Of a stretch of 60,493 nucleotides of DNA, positions 40,364 to 48,788 are shown piece by piece; the stretch's first letter is position 1, and each line of letters starts with the position of its first letter. Under the pieces are notes generated by a model. The model was not told the DNA's origin. It was given only the letters and a program-made list of their open reading frames with translations, and made no database searches. The position numbers were made by a program, and so were the translations under genes. The DNA is taken from the NCBI GenBank assembly GCA_003559475.1, contig PWLF01000078.1, positions 1 through 60,493 of the forward strand. The letters are read 5' to 3'. Source of the DNA: Bacteroidales bacterium. GTDB lineage: Bacteria > Bacteroidota > Bacteroidia > Bacteroidales > UBA7960.

Positions 40364-40969
40364 TTAGTTTATTAAGTTCTTAATTTTATTAATTCTATTA
40401 TCAAAATCATTTGTTTGCATAAAATATCTAACCATAGCAATATTTTTGGCACCTGCATTAATAACTTCAGACACATTTTCCGGGAAAATACCTCCGATAG
40501 CTATAACCGGGACGTTAGCAAAACCAATTACTTTTCTAAGGTTTTCTGTTCCGACCGGGTCATCAGGTTTTTCTTTAGCATTTGTAGGATAAACAGGTCC
40601 AAATCCGATATAATCAGGTTTTTTTTCCAGAGCTTCTTTTGCTTGTTTTATTGAATGAGTTGAAATTCCTATTTTCATATCTCCTACTATTTTGCGTGCA
40701 TCTTCAAAAGATATATCATCTTGACCTATATGCAAATAGTCAGCATCGGATAAAACAGCAATATCAGGTCTATCATTAACAACAAATTTAGTTTCTGTTC
40801 CTTTAGTAACACTACTTATTTGCCTTGCCGTTTTCAACAATTCTTTATCAGACAAATGTTTTTCGCGTAATTGTAGCATTTTAATGCCATTCGCGACACA
40901 TTTTTCAGCTATGGTAGTATATGGCAAATATGGTTTTGTGATTATTATATACAAACCCGGATTATTCAT
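40364..40969 (-). CDS. thiE: thiamine-phosphate synthase
   Basis: LQLREK, NDRPDIA, HIGQDD and IAIGGI motifs. Confidence 0.88.
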   Translation of the reverse strand: MNNPGLYIIITKPYLPYTTIAEKCVANGIKMLQLREKHLSDKELLKTARQISSVTKGTETKFVVNDRPDIAVLSDADYLHIGQDDISFEDARKIVGDMKIGISTHSIKQAKEALEKKPDYIGFGPVYPTNAKEKPDDPVGTENLRKVIGFANVPVIAIGGIFPENVSEVINAGAKNIAMVRYFMQTNDFDNRINKIKNLIN

Positions 40970-40982
40970 TTGTTTTCAAATT

Positions 40983-41747
40983 TTAAATTTTATCTGCTAT
41001 TAGCCCAGCAACTTTTTCGCCCGACATGAGCATACTACCAAAGATAGGGCCCATCCTATAACTACCACTAACACCATTTGAAGCCATTCCTGACACAAAC
41101 AAGCCGGGATAAATTTCTTTTGTATTTTCTATGGTAGTTCTTTCTGCCTCTTCAATAGAAAGAGAACGTTCTCCTACAACATTTCCTGTAATTGTATTAA
41201 GTTTTACATCATTTTTTTTCTCAAGTATTCTTGCAACTTCACAATCATGCCCTGTACCGTCAATCACAGCTTTTGACATAATCACTAAGGGATCAACGTG
41301 CAAATTTTCTCTATGCACAGGAGCCCAATTAATAACTACACCACTAACCTTATCCTCCACAAAAACAACATCTTCAATAGATGTACAGTTAAATATTTTT
41401 GCTCCTTCATTAGTAGCATGATAAATTAAAGATGCTGAAGCATGAACAGAATCTGCTGTATAATAACCATCTTTATATTGGTTATATTTAATTTTAAACT
41501 CATCAAGAAGATATAATGCTTCTTTTTGAACAATAATCTCATTAAACATCATAGCTCCTCCCCACATACCTCCTCCGGGAGCTAGTTTTCTCTCATATAA
41601 AGAAACATTCAACCCTCTTTTCGCCAAAAAATACGCTGCAACTAATCCTGAAGGACCTCCTCCTACTATTACAACATCTGCTGATAAACTTTTTTTTAAC
41701 TTGTCAAAATAGGAATCTATAATTCCAGATGATACTATTTGCTCCAT
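40983..41747 (-). CDS. thi4: Thi4-type thiazole synthase, His-type (sulfide-dependent, non-suicide class)
   Basis: VVIVGGGPSGL...YERKLAPGGGMWGGAMMFN and DGTGHD. NLHVDPL has His where yeast THI4 has the sacrificial Cys (CCMDPN). Confidence 0.88.
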   Translation of the reverse strand: MEQIVSSGIIDSYFDKLKKSLSADVVIVGGGPSGLVAAYFLAKRGLNVSLYERKLAPGGGMWGGAMMFNEIIVQKEALYLLDEFKIKYNQYKDGYYTADSVHASASLIYHATNEGAKIFNCTSIEDVVFVEDKVSGVVINWAPVHRENLHVDPLVIMSKAVIDGTGHDCEVARILEKKNDVKLNTITGNVVGERSLSIEEAERTTIENTKEIYPGLFVSGMASNGVSGSYRMGPIFGSMLMSGEKVAGLIADKI

Positions 41748-41844
41748 TTTACTTTTATTTTTTAATTATTAAGTTTTTTTTATTACACTTAATGAATAAA
41801 AATTCATTAAGCACAACTTTACAAATTTATATAATGGGATTCTA

Positions 41845-41877
41845 GATAAAAAATCAGGAGATTGAAAAAAAATCCCT
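41845..41877 (-). terminator. candidate riboswitch expression-platform hairpin plus U-tract
   Basis: Minus strand AGGGAUU-UUUUUC-AAUCUCCU (one bulge) followed by GAUUUUUUAU. The 5' arm overlaps the 3' end of the TPP aptamer. Confidence 0.35.
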
Positions 41878-41950
41878 ACGCAGGTATTACCCTGATCAGG
41901 TATTATGGGTATAATCTCAGCCTGATATTTAAAGGCACCCCTTTTATGCA
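41866..41950 (-). promoter_or_regulatory. TPP (THI-box) riboswitch
   Basis: The minus strand reads GGGGUGCCUUUAAAUAUCAGGCUGAGAUUAUACCCAUAAUACCUGAUCAGGGUAAUACCUGCGUAGGGA. This matches the conserved GGGGUGC..CUGAGA..ACCC..ACCUGAUC.GG.UAAU.CC.GCGUAGGGA core. It lies upstream of thi4-thiE-thiC-thiD. Confidence 0.92.
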
Positions 41951-41960
41951 AAATTTATTG

Positions 41961-41968
41961 CAAATATA
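41961..41968 (-). promoter_or_regulatory. -7 promoter box TATATTTG (minus strand) driving the riboswitch and thi operon
   Basis: CAAATATA on the plus strand, about 10-20 nt upstream of the aptamer 5' end. Confidence 0.5.
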
Positions 41969-42113
41969 CATCTTTTTTTATTTTTTTTATTTTTTTTTTG
42001 CATATTTAATAATTATAATGTTACTTTGCCGTAATTTATTTATGCAATCAATTATAACAGTTACTATACTAAATCAAATTTCAATTCAAGCACCCACGCT
42101 TTAACCGAAAAAG

Positions 42114-42761
42114 ATGGAAAAAATTAAAGTTATCGTTGTAGATGACCATAAATTAGTTACAGACTGCATTAGTCTTTTTTTAAGGGATTCCGAAAATATC
42201 AGTGTTATCGGAGTGGCTCATAGCGGAAATGATGCATTAGAACTTTTAAAAAAGGAGGAACCTCATGTTGTTTTATTAGATATTTCTATGCCGGATATGA
42301 CCGGTATAGAAGCAACTTCTATTATTAAAAAGAAACACCCTTCAATAAATGTATTAATATTATCAATGCACTCGGATTATAATAATATATCCGACTCAAT
42401 AGATGCCGGCGCTGATGGATATGTTCCAAAAGACGTTGCATCAAAAGAGTTAGCTGAAGCAATTAATGCAGTTTATAATGGTAATAATTATTTTCACAAA
42501 TCAATAAGTGAAGAAATAGTTAAAAACTATGCAAATAAAAAAAAGAAAGCATCAGAGGTTTTGCCTCAACTTACTAAGAGAGAATTAGAAGTTCTTAAAC
42601 TTTTTGCAGAAGGCTATTCTAACAATGAAATTGCCGAAAAATTATTTTTAAGTGTCAGAACTGTTGAGTCTCATAAAAACCATATACTACAAAAAACTAA
42701 AATAAAAAACAGCGTTGAACTTGTAAAATTTGCTATTAAAAACAAGATTGTTGAGCTATAG
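42114..42761 (+). CDS. NarL/FixJ (LuxR-type HTH) response regulator
   Basis: REC domain (VVDDH..., LLDISMPDMTG, phospho-acceptor Asp) plus LuxR HTH (LTKRELEVLKLFAEGYSNNEIAEKLFLSVRTVESHK). No histidine kinase is adjacent. Confidence 0.9.
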   Translation: MEKIKVIVVDDHKLVTDCISLFLRDSENISVIGVAHSGNDALELLKKEEPHVVLLDISMPDMTGIEATSIIKKKHPSINVLILSMHSDYNNISDSIDAGADGYVPKDVASKELAEAINAVYNGNNYFHKSISEEIVKNYANKKKKASEVLPQLTKRELEVLKLFAEGYSNNEIAEKLFLSVRTVESHKNHILQKTKIKNSVELVKFAIKNKIVEL

Positions 42762-42785
42762 TTAAGATTGTTGAGCTATAGTTAA
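42744..42785. repeat. perfect 20-bp tandem duplication spanning the response-regulator stop codon
   Basis: AAGATTGTTGAGCTATAGTT occurs twice (42744-42763, 42764-42783), then AA. Copy 1 supplies ...KIVEL-TAG. Copy 2 carries the stop (TTA, 42782-42784) of the convergent minus-strand gene. Confidence 0.95.
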
Positions 42786-43948
42786 CTTTGTTGCATCCAG
42801 TAAACTAATTTATCAAAAATCTCCTTTGAGTTATATGGTTTTGATACAACATCCACAATCCCATTTTTTGATAATTCTCGCTCTTCAATAATATCATGAT
42901 AAGCTGTTACCGCAATAATTGGAGGGGGATTATCCATAATTTCGTTAATCCGTTTAGCTGATTCAAACCCATTCATTACAGGCATTTGCAAATCCATAAA
43001 TATTAAATTATATTCATTTTTTTTAGCCATTTCAACCCCATCCTCTCCATTATCTGCAATATCAACTTTACAGCCATACTTCTCGAGCATAATTGAAAAC
43101 ACCTTTTGGTTAATTGGTTTATCCTCAACATATAAAATGCTCAAAACCGAACTTTCACATTTATTATTACTTGAACTCATATTACTTATATTAAGATTTT
43201 TTGGGTTTAAAATAATAGCATAATATTTATTCTCTCTTGTTTCTTCAATTTTGTGTACAACACACCTATCTACCTCTTTTTCAAAATTATCATTAGCTTT
43301 TATATAATATTCAAAAACATCCTCTTTTCTGGAATCAAAACTTTCAAGTTTTAAAGACAAAACTTTTATTAATTTATCAATATAATTTTCAAAATATACC
43401 AGCAAAGACTTATTAAAATAAACTACATCTTTGGAGTTATTAAAAATAATAACAGGGATAAATAACCTTTCAAACAACTCTTTAAATAGGCAATAGTTAT
43501 TTTCCAATATAAAATTTTTCTCAACTATTTCTGTTTTTTTTTGTTTTGATTTTTTTATTCCTTTAGTGTGTTTTTCATAAAGCAGGTTAGCAATTTTTTG
43601 GCTAGTACATTCAATAAAATATACAATAATATGGCCATTATCTATATGCTTAATGTTTATATCCCAATATTGATTATTACAATTATATACTCTCTTATTA
43701 AACACAGCATCAGAGAAATAGTCTTCTAAAATTCTTTTAATTAAACAACAACTTTTACTACCAATACTACAGTGTTTTGCGTCAGTATTTGAAATGAATC
43801 TATCTTTATTTATGTACTTGCATGATTTTTTATTATAAAAAGAACTGCCTGCTACTGCATCATTATGCCAAACCAATTCGCCACATGTATTTATTATTAT
43901 TATAGGTAGGTCAACTTTTTTTAATCTCTGATATTCAAATTTTACCAT
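42782..43948 (-). CDS. response-regulator receiver protein with a ~260-aa Cys-rich N-terminal domain of unknown function (possibly PAS-like)
   Basis: C-terminal REC domain (ILYVEDKPINQKV...LIFMDLQMPVMNG...IIAVTA). The N-terminal part (IIINTCGELVWHNDA..., several Cys) has no recognisable output or kinase domain. Confidence 0.72.
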   Translation of the reverse strand: MVKFEYQRLKKVDLPIIIINTCGELVWHNDAVAGSSFYNKKSCKYINKDRFISNTDAKHCSIGSKSCCLIKRILEDYFSDAVFNKRVYNCNNQYWDINIKHIDNGHIIVYFIECTSQKIANLLYEKHTKGIKKSKQKKTEIVEKNFILENNYCLFKELFERLFIPVIIFNNSKDVVYFNKSLLVYFENYIDKLIKVLSLKLESFDSRKEDVFEYYIKANDNFEKEVDRCVVHKIEETRENKYYAIILNPKNLNISNMSSSNNKCESSVLSILYVEDKPINQKVFSIMLEKYGCKVDIADNGEDGVEMAKKNEYNLIFMDLQMPVMNGFESAKRINEIMDNPPPIIAVTAYHDIIEERELSKNGIVDVVSKPYNSKEIFDKLVYWMQQS

Positions 43949-44301
43949 TATTTTCTTTTATTATTTTAATCTAATGTTTAAATTTGTAATATTAATATAT
44001 AATATTTTTCCCTTTTTATATTTGCTATGTTTTGTTTACAAGTAGATTTTCTGCATCTTAACTGAATCTTTATTTATTATTTAGGTTTTTTATAACAAAT
44101 ATTTTACTTTTGTTCAACTTATAATTTACTGCATATTAGACTTTTGTTAAATAAAAAACAGACAATTTGAACATCGGACATCTCTTAATTGTTCTTAAAG
44201 TTTTAAATTAGCAATTTTTGCAAAAATATATTGCAAATATATGCAATATTTAATTGCAAAATATGTTTTTATATTAAATTATTATTTAATTTATAAAAAA
44301 A

Positions 44302-44733
44302 ATGGAAGTTTATAAAAAAATCAGAAACCTAAGAAAACAAATAAATTACAGTCAACAAATGTTTGCAGACAGAATTGACGTTAGCCGTTCTGTGCTTTCT
44401 CAAATAGAAATTAACAAACTCAAACCTTCGATTGATATCATTGCAAAAATTGCAAAAGAATTTAATATCCATATTTCGTATTTTTTTGAAGCAGAAAAAG
44501 AACCCTATACTGATTTGTCCTCTTCAAACACCCAAGAATTACAAGAGCCTGTCAGTGAATACAATAAAGGCCAATGCAGTTCATGTAACCACCTACAAGT
44601 AGTAAATGAAATACAACAAGACGTTATTAATAGTCTTGAAAAAACTATCTCAACACAATTTCAGTTAATTGAACTTTTAGAAAAAAAGATTGAGCATATT
44701 AATAAAGAAACTACTGATAAAATTAAAGATTAG
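44302..44733 (+). CDS. XRE-family (Cro/C1-type HTH) transcriptional regulator
   Basis: IRNLRKQINYSQQMFADRIDVSRSVLSQIEINKLKPSIDIIAKIAKEF is a canonical HTH_3. The C-terminal half is predicted helical or coiled. Confidence 0.8.
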   Translation: MEVYKKIRNLRKQINYSQQMFADRIDVSRSVLSQIEINKLKPSIDIIAKIAKEFNIHISYFFEAEKEPYTDLSSSNTQELQEPVSEYNKGQCSSCNHLQVVNEIQQDVINSLEKTISTQFQLIELLEKKIEHINKETTDKIKD

Positions 44734-44928
44734 AAATTATTTTTATACCAAAGTTTGCTATTTTTATTTTTTTAATCAATTTTAAAGTTTCATCACACTT
44801 GCTATCTTTCTACTTTCCAATGATTTGAATCAAAACCTAAAACTTGCACTTATATTTGAAATATCTTTAAACACTAATCGTTTTGCTTAAAACGCTTTTT
44901 TATTGTTTGTTGCAATATTTAACAATGC

Positions 44929-44936
44929 TATATTTG
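44929..44936 (+). promoter_or_regulatory. -7 promoter box TATATTTG(CA) for the lptF/G-GT operon
   Basis: Exact TAnnTTTG 30 nt upstream of the TTG start at 44966. Confidence 0.45.
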
Positions 44937-44965
44937 CAAAATAATATTTAAAGATTTCTTAAAAA

Positions 44966-46399
44966 TTGAAAACTTATTATAAGCTCATACTAAAATCATA
45001 TATCGGTCCTTTTACGGCAACTTTTTTAGTTACTATTTTCGTAATGTTAATGCAATTTTTATGGAAGTATGTTGATGATTTAGTTGGCAAAGGACTTGAG
45101 TGGTATATTATTGTTGAGCTTATTTTTTATGCTTCAGCAACATTTGTTCCATTAGCCTTACCTCTTGCAATTTTGCTATCTTCTATAATGACAATGGGTA
45201 ATTTAGGAGAAAACAATGAGCTTGTTGCTTTAAAATCTGCCGGGGTATCTCTTACCAATATAATGCGCCCTTTGCTGTTTATTTCATTATTTTTATCTTT
45301 AACAGGATTTTATTTTGCCAATAATGTTCTCCCTGTTGCAAACCTCAAATTTGGCTCTTTACTTTATGATATTCGTCAACAAAGGCCTGCTTTTAATATC
45401 ATGGATGGAGTTTATTATAAAGGTATAGACAATTTTGTTATTCGTGTTGAAGAAAGAGGAAGAGATGGTCAAACACTTAATAATATAAAAATATACGATC
45501 ATAGTGAGCAGAAAGGCAATATAAACCTTACAACTGCAAAAAGTGGTACAATGAAAACTACCGCTGAAGGCAATCAACTAATTCTTAACCTTTACAACGG
45601 ATATAATTATGAAGAAATAATTCGAGATAATTCAGATTCAAGAGAAAAACCTTTCAGAAGAACTGAGTTTAGCAGACAGATAAGAAGATTTGATTTAAGT
45701 GGTTTTAATTTAAACAGAACTGACCAGGAAGCCTTTCAAAGCAACTACAGAATGCTTAATCTATCACAATTAACATTTTTTATTGATTCCTTAGAAAATA
45801 GAATTAATAACAGACAAGAAGAACTTCTTAGCGGTTTAAAAAATCGTTTTAGAAACTATAATGAAATTGATAGCTCTAGGTATTATAATATAATTAGCCA
45901 AAACGATTTAAAGGAATTTGACAGAAATATTATAAATAATTACCAGGATAGTGATGTTATTTTTGGTAATGCATTTGAAACAGCAAGAAATAACAAGAAC
46001 TATACAAGCAATGTTCACAAAGAAATACATCAAAGAAAAAGGTCTAAAGCCAGATATGAAATTGAGTATCAACGCAAGTTCACTCTATCATTTGCCTGCA
46101 TTGTCCTATTTCTTATAGGTGCACCTATGGGGGCTATAATTAGAAAAGGAGGGTTCGGACTTCCTCTGGTCGTTTCCGTTTTATTTTTTGTATTTTTTCA
46201 TGTAACATCAGTAATAGGTGAAAAGTTTGCAAGAGAAGTTGTGATTTCTGCATGGCAGGGAATGTGGATGGCTCCGGCAATATTATTACCAGTTGGCATA
46301 ATATTATCACTCAAGGCTACTACAGATTCTCCTTTTTTTAATATTGATAATTATTATAAGGTTTACTATAAAATAGCAAGTTTATTTAAAAATTCATGA
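44966..46399 (+). CDS. LptF/LptG family LPS export permease
   Basis: N-terminal KLILKSYIGPF, 6 TM segments, and a large periplasmic beta-jellyroll insert. The TTG start is inferred because the conserved N-terminus lies before any ATG. Confidence 0.82.
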   Translation: MKTYYKLILKSYIGPFTATFLVTIFVMLMQFLWKYVDDLVGKGLEWYIIVELIFYASATFVPLALPLAILLSSIMTMGNLGENNELVALKSAGVSLTNIMRPLLFISLFLSLTGFYFANNVLPVANLKFGSLLYDIRQQRPAFNIMDGVYYKGIDNFVIRVEERGRDGQTLNNIKIYDHSEQKGNINLTTAKSGTMKTTAEGNQLILNLYNGYNYEEIIRDNSDSREKPFRRTEFSRQIRRFDLSGFNLNRTDQEAFQSNYRMLNLSQLTFFIDSLENRINNRQEELLSGLKNRFRNYNEIDSSRYYNIISQNDLKEFDRNIINNYQDSDVIFGNAFETARNNKNYTSNVHKEIHQRKRSKARYEIEYQRKFTLSFACIVLFLIGAPMGAIIRKGGFGLPLVVSVLFFVFFHVTSVIGEKFAREVVISAWQGMWMAPAILLPVGIILSLKATTDSPFFNIDNYYKVYYKIASLFKNS

Positions 46400-47601
46400 A
46401 AATTCTTCAACTAACAAATAAGATTCCTTACCCGCCTAAAGATGGAGGAGCTATAGCAACGCTTAATCTCTCTAAAGGATTAGCTGATTTAGGTCATGAA
46501 GTTACTATCCTCACAATGAACACTCATAAACACTATTTTGATATTAATAAAATCCCCAAATCTATTACGGATCAAATATCATTTCATGATGTCATTTTAA
46601 ATACCGAAATAAAAATAAAAGATGGTGTTTACAATCTTCTTTTCTCAAAGATGCCTTATAATGCAGAAAGATTTATATCAGAAAGATATAGAATTAAATT
46701 AATAGAATTGCTCAAATCAAAAAAATTTGATATTGTTCAACTTGAAGGGTTATATCTTACTCCTTATATAAAAGATATCAGAAAACATAGTAACAGTTTA
46801 ATATCTTTCAGAGCTCATAATATTGAACATGAAATTTGGGAAAGGATAGCTTTACAAAAAAAATCCATACTCAAAAGACGTTATTGTAAATTAATATCCA
46901 AAAGGATTAAAAGATTAAAAAAAAGAATTATTAATGAGTATGATGTATTAATACCAATAACACAAAGAGATGCAGATAAATTTAACGAACTTGGAAATAA
47001 GAAGCCACTACATGTAGTCCCGTTTGGAATTGATTCTGTTAAGTTTATTCCTAAGCCTGAAACAACAACATTTCCTTCGCTTTTTCATATTGGCACACTC
47101 GACTGGATTCCAAATCAAGAAGGAGTTTTGTGGTTTCTTAAAAATGTATGGCCGGAAATTTTAAAATTACATCCAAACTTAACATTTAATATTGCAGGAC
47201 GAAATGCTCCAAAATGGATGGAAACCCAATTTAAAAATTATGAGAATGTTAACTATTTAGGAGAAATTGATGACGCTATTAAATTTATTAACGAAAATGC
47301 TATAATGATAGTGCCGCTATTTTCCGGTAGCGGAATGAGAGTAAAAATTATTGAAGGAATGGCTTTAGGGAAAGCTATAATAACAACGCCTATTGGGATA
47401 GAAGGGATACCTGCAACTAACAATGTAAATGTAATTATACAAAATAATACAATAGATTTTATTGAAAAAATTGACAATCTTATAAAAAACAAACAATTAT
47501 TTGATGATATTAGCAAAAATGCTATTAAGTTTGTAAAGGAAAATTTTGATAATAGAAAAATCTCAAAAGATTTAGCTTATTTTTATTATAAGCAATTGTA
47601 A
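46396..47601 (+). CDS. glycosyltransferase family 4
   Basis: The start overlaps the lptF/G stop (ATGA). N-terminal PYPPKDGGAIA and the C-terminal GT-B motif (SGSGMRVKIIEGMALGKAII). Confidence 0.8.
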   Translation: MKILQLTNKIPYPPKDGGAIATLNLSKGLADLGHEVTILTMNTHKHYFDINKIPKSITDQISFHDVILNTEIKIKDGVYNLLFSKMPYNAERFISERYRIKLIELLKSKKFDIVQLEGLYLTPYIKDIRKHSNSLISFRAHNIEHEIWERIALQKKSILKRRYCKLISKRIKRLKKRIINEYDVLIPITQRDADKFNELGNKKPLHVVPFGIDSVKFIPKPETTTFPSLFHIGTLDWIPNQEGVLWFLKNVWPEILKLHPNLTFNIAGRNAPKWMETQFKNYENVNYLGEIDDAIKFINENAIMIVPLFSGSGMRVKIIEGMALGKAIITTPIGIEGIPATNNVNVIIQNNTIDFIEKIDNLIKNKQLFDDISKNAIKFVKENFDNRKISKDLAYFYYKQL

Positions 47602-47603
47602 AA

Positions 47604-48788
47604 ATGAACACTATTTTGTTTATCATATTATTAATTATTTTTTGGGTATCCGTATTCATGATATTTTACTCTTATGCAATATTTCCATTGCTTTTATCAT
47701 TATTAGCAAGAAAAAAAAAGCTTTCTCAAGATAAATATGTATATAATTATGACTTACCAACTGTAAGTATTTTAATATCAGCTTATAATGAAGAGGATGT
47801 AATTGAAGAAAAAATATTGTCGGTTTTAAAATCTTCTTACCCAAAAGATAAATTGGAAGTGCTTGTCGGCTCTGATGCATCAACTGATAACACTGATAAT
47901 ATCGTAAAAAAGATAGAAAAAGAACATTCTCAAGTTCATTTTTTTAGATTTAATAACAGAAGCGGAAAAGGAAATATTATAAATAGCCTTTATGACAAAA
48001 GCAAAGGAAGCATATTGATACTAACGGATGCAAATGTTTTGCTAGATAAAAATACAATTTATGAATTAGTTAAGCACTTTAAAGACAACTCCATAGGTCT
48101 TATTGACTCAAGAATGATAAACACAAATATTAAAAAAGACGGCATTTCTTACCAGGAAAAGGCTTATATTACAAGAGAAGTTTATATTAAACATTACGAA
48201 AGTTTACTCTGGGGAACAATGATGGGCCCTTTCGGAGGTTGCTTCGCAATAAGAAAAGAACTATATTCAAAAATACCTGAAAATTTCATAGTAGATGATT
48301 TTTATTTAAATATGAAGGTCTTGGAGCAAGGTTATAAAACTATAAATAATTTAGATGCTAAAGTTTATGAAAGTATTCCAAATAAACTAATGGGTGAATT
48401 CAAAAGAAAGATTAGAATTGCGACAGGGAACTTTCAAAACCTTAAAGCTTTTTCAAATTTAATTTTTTCTAAAACAAAAGGGCTTTCTTTTTGTTATATT
48501 TCACATAAAATATTAAGATGGTTAGGGCCGTTTTTTTTAATTTTGGCATTTATTGCAAATATTATTCTTGCATTATATAATGTTTTTTATTTTTATTTGT
48601 TTATTATACAATGCATATTAATATTTTTACCATTTATTGATTTTTTATTAAAAAAACTAAATATTCATATTAGCATACTTCGTTTTATAACACATTTTTA
48701 CAGTATGAATATTGCATTATTAACAGGATTTTTTAAATCATTAAAAACTATAAAAACAAATGTCTGGAAACCAACAAGCAGAAAATAA
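47604..48788 (+). CDS. membrane-bound glycosyltransferase family 2 (processive synthase-like)
   Basis: N-terminal TM helix, GT-A domain ([22 protein letters not shown]), a QxxRW-like region (HKILRW), and C-terminal TM helices. Confidence 0.78.
   Translation: MNTILFIILLIIFWVSVFMIFYSYAIFPLLLSLLARKKKLSQDKYVYNYDLPTVSILISAYNEEDVIEEKILSVLKSSYPKDKLEVLVGSDASTDNTDNIVKKIEKEHSQVHFFRFNNRSGKGNIINSLYDKSKGSILILTDANVLLDKNTIYELVKHFKDNSIGLIDSRMINTNIKKDGISYQEKAYITREVYIKHYESLLWGTMMGPFGGCFAIRKELYSKIPENFIVDDFYLNMKVLEQGYKTINNLDAKVYESIPNKLMGEFKRKIRIATGNFQNLKAFSNLIFSKTKGLSFCYISHKILRWLGPFFLILAFIANIILALYNVFYFYLFIIQCILIFLPFIDFLLKKLNIHISILRFITHFYSMNIALLTGFFKSLKTIKTNVWKPTSRK

Noticed and set aside
41975-42001. T7-A-T8-A-T10 homopolymer tracts between the divergent thi and response-regulator promoters, as possible phase-variation tracts
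   Set aside because: They are intergenic and not between clearly defined -33/-7 elements. AT-tracts are common in these promoters. Without population data there is no evidence of length variation.
41769-42104. ORFs 41769..41951 (-) and 41862..42104 (+) in the thi4 / response-regulator intergenic region
   Set aside because: They overlap the TPP riboswitch and the poly-T promoter region. Their translations are low-complexity (FFYFFYFFFAY), so this is regulatory RNA or DNA, not protein.
44017-44112. Two plus-strand TAnnTTTG matches (44017-44024, 44105-44112), 190-280 nt upstream of the XRE gene, as evidence for a small RNA or long leader
   Set aside because: The expected chance frequency of this degenerate box in a 350-bp AT-rich spacer is appreciable. 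I saw no associated terminator or conserved structure.
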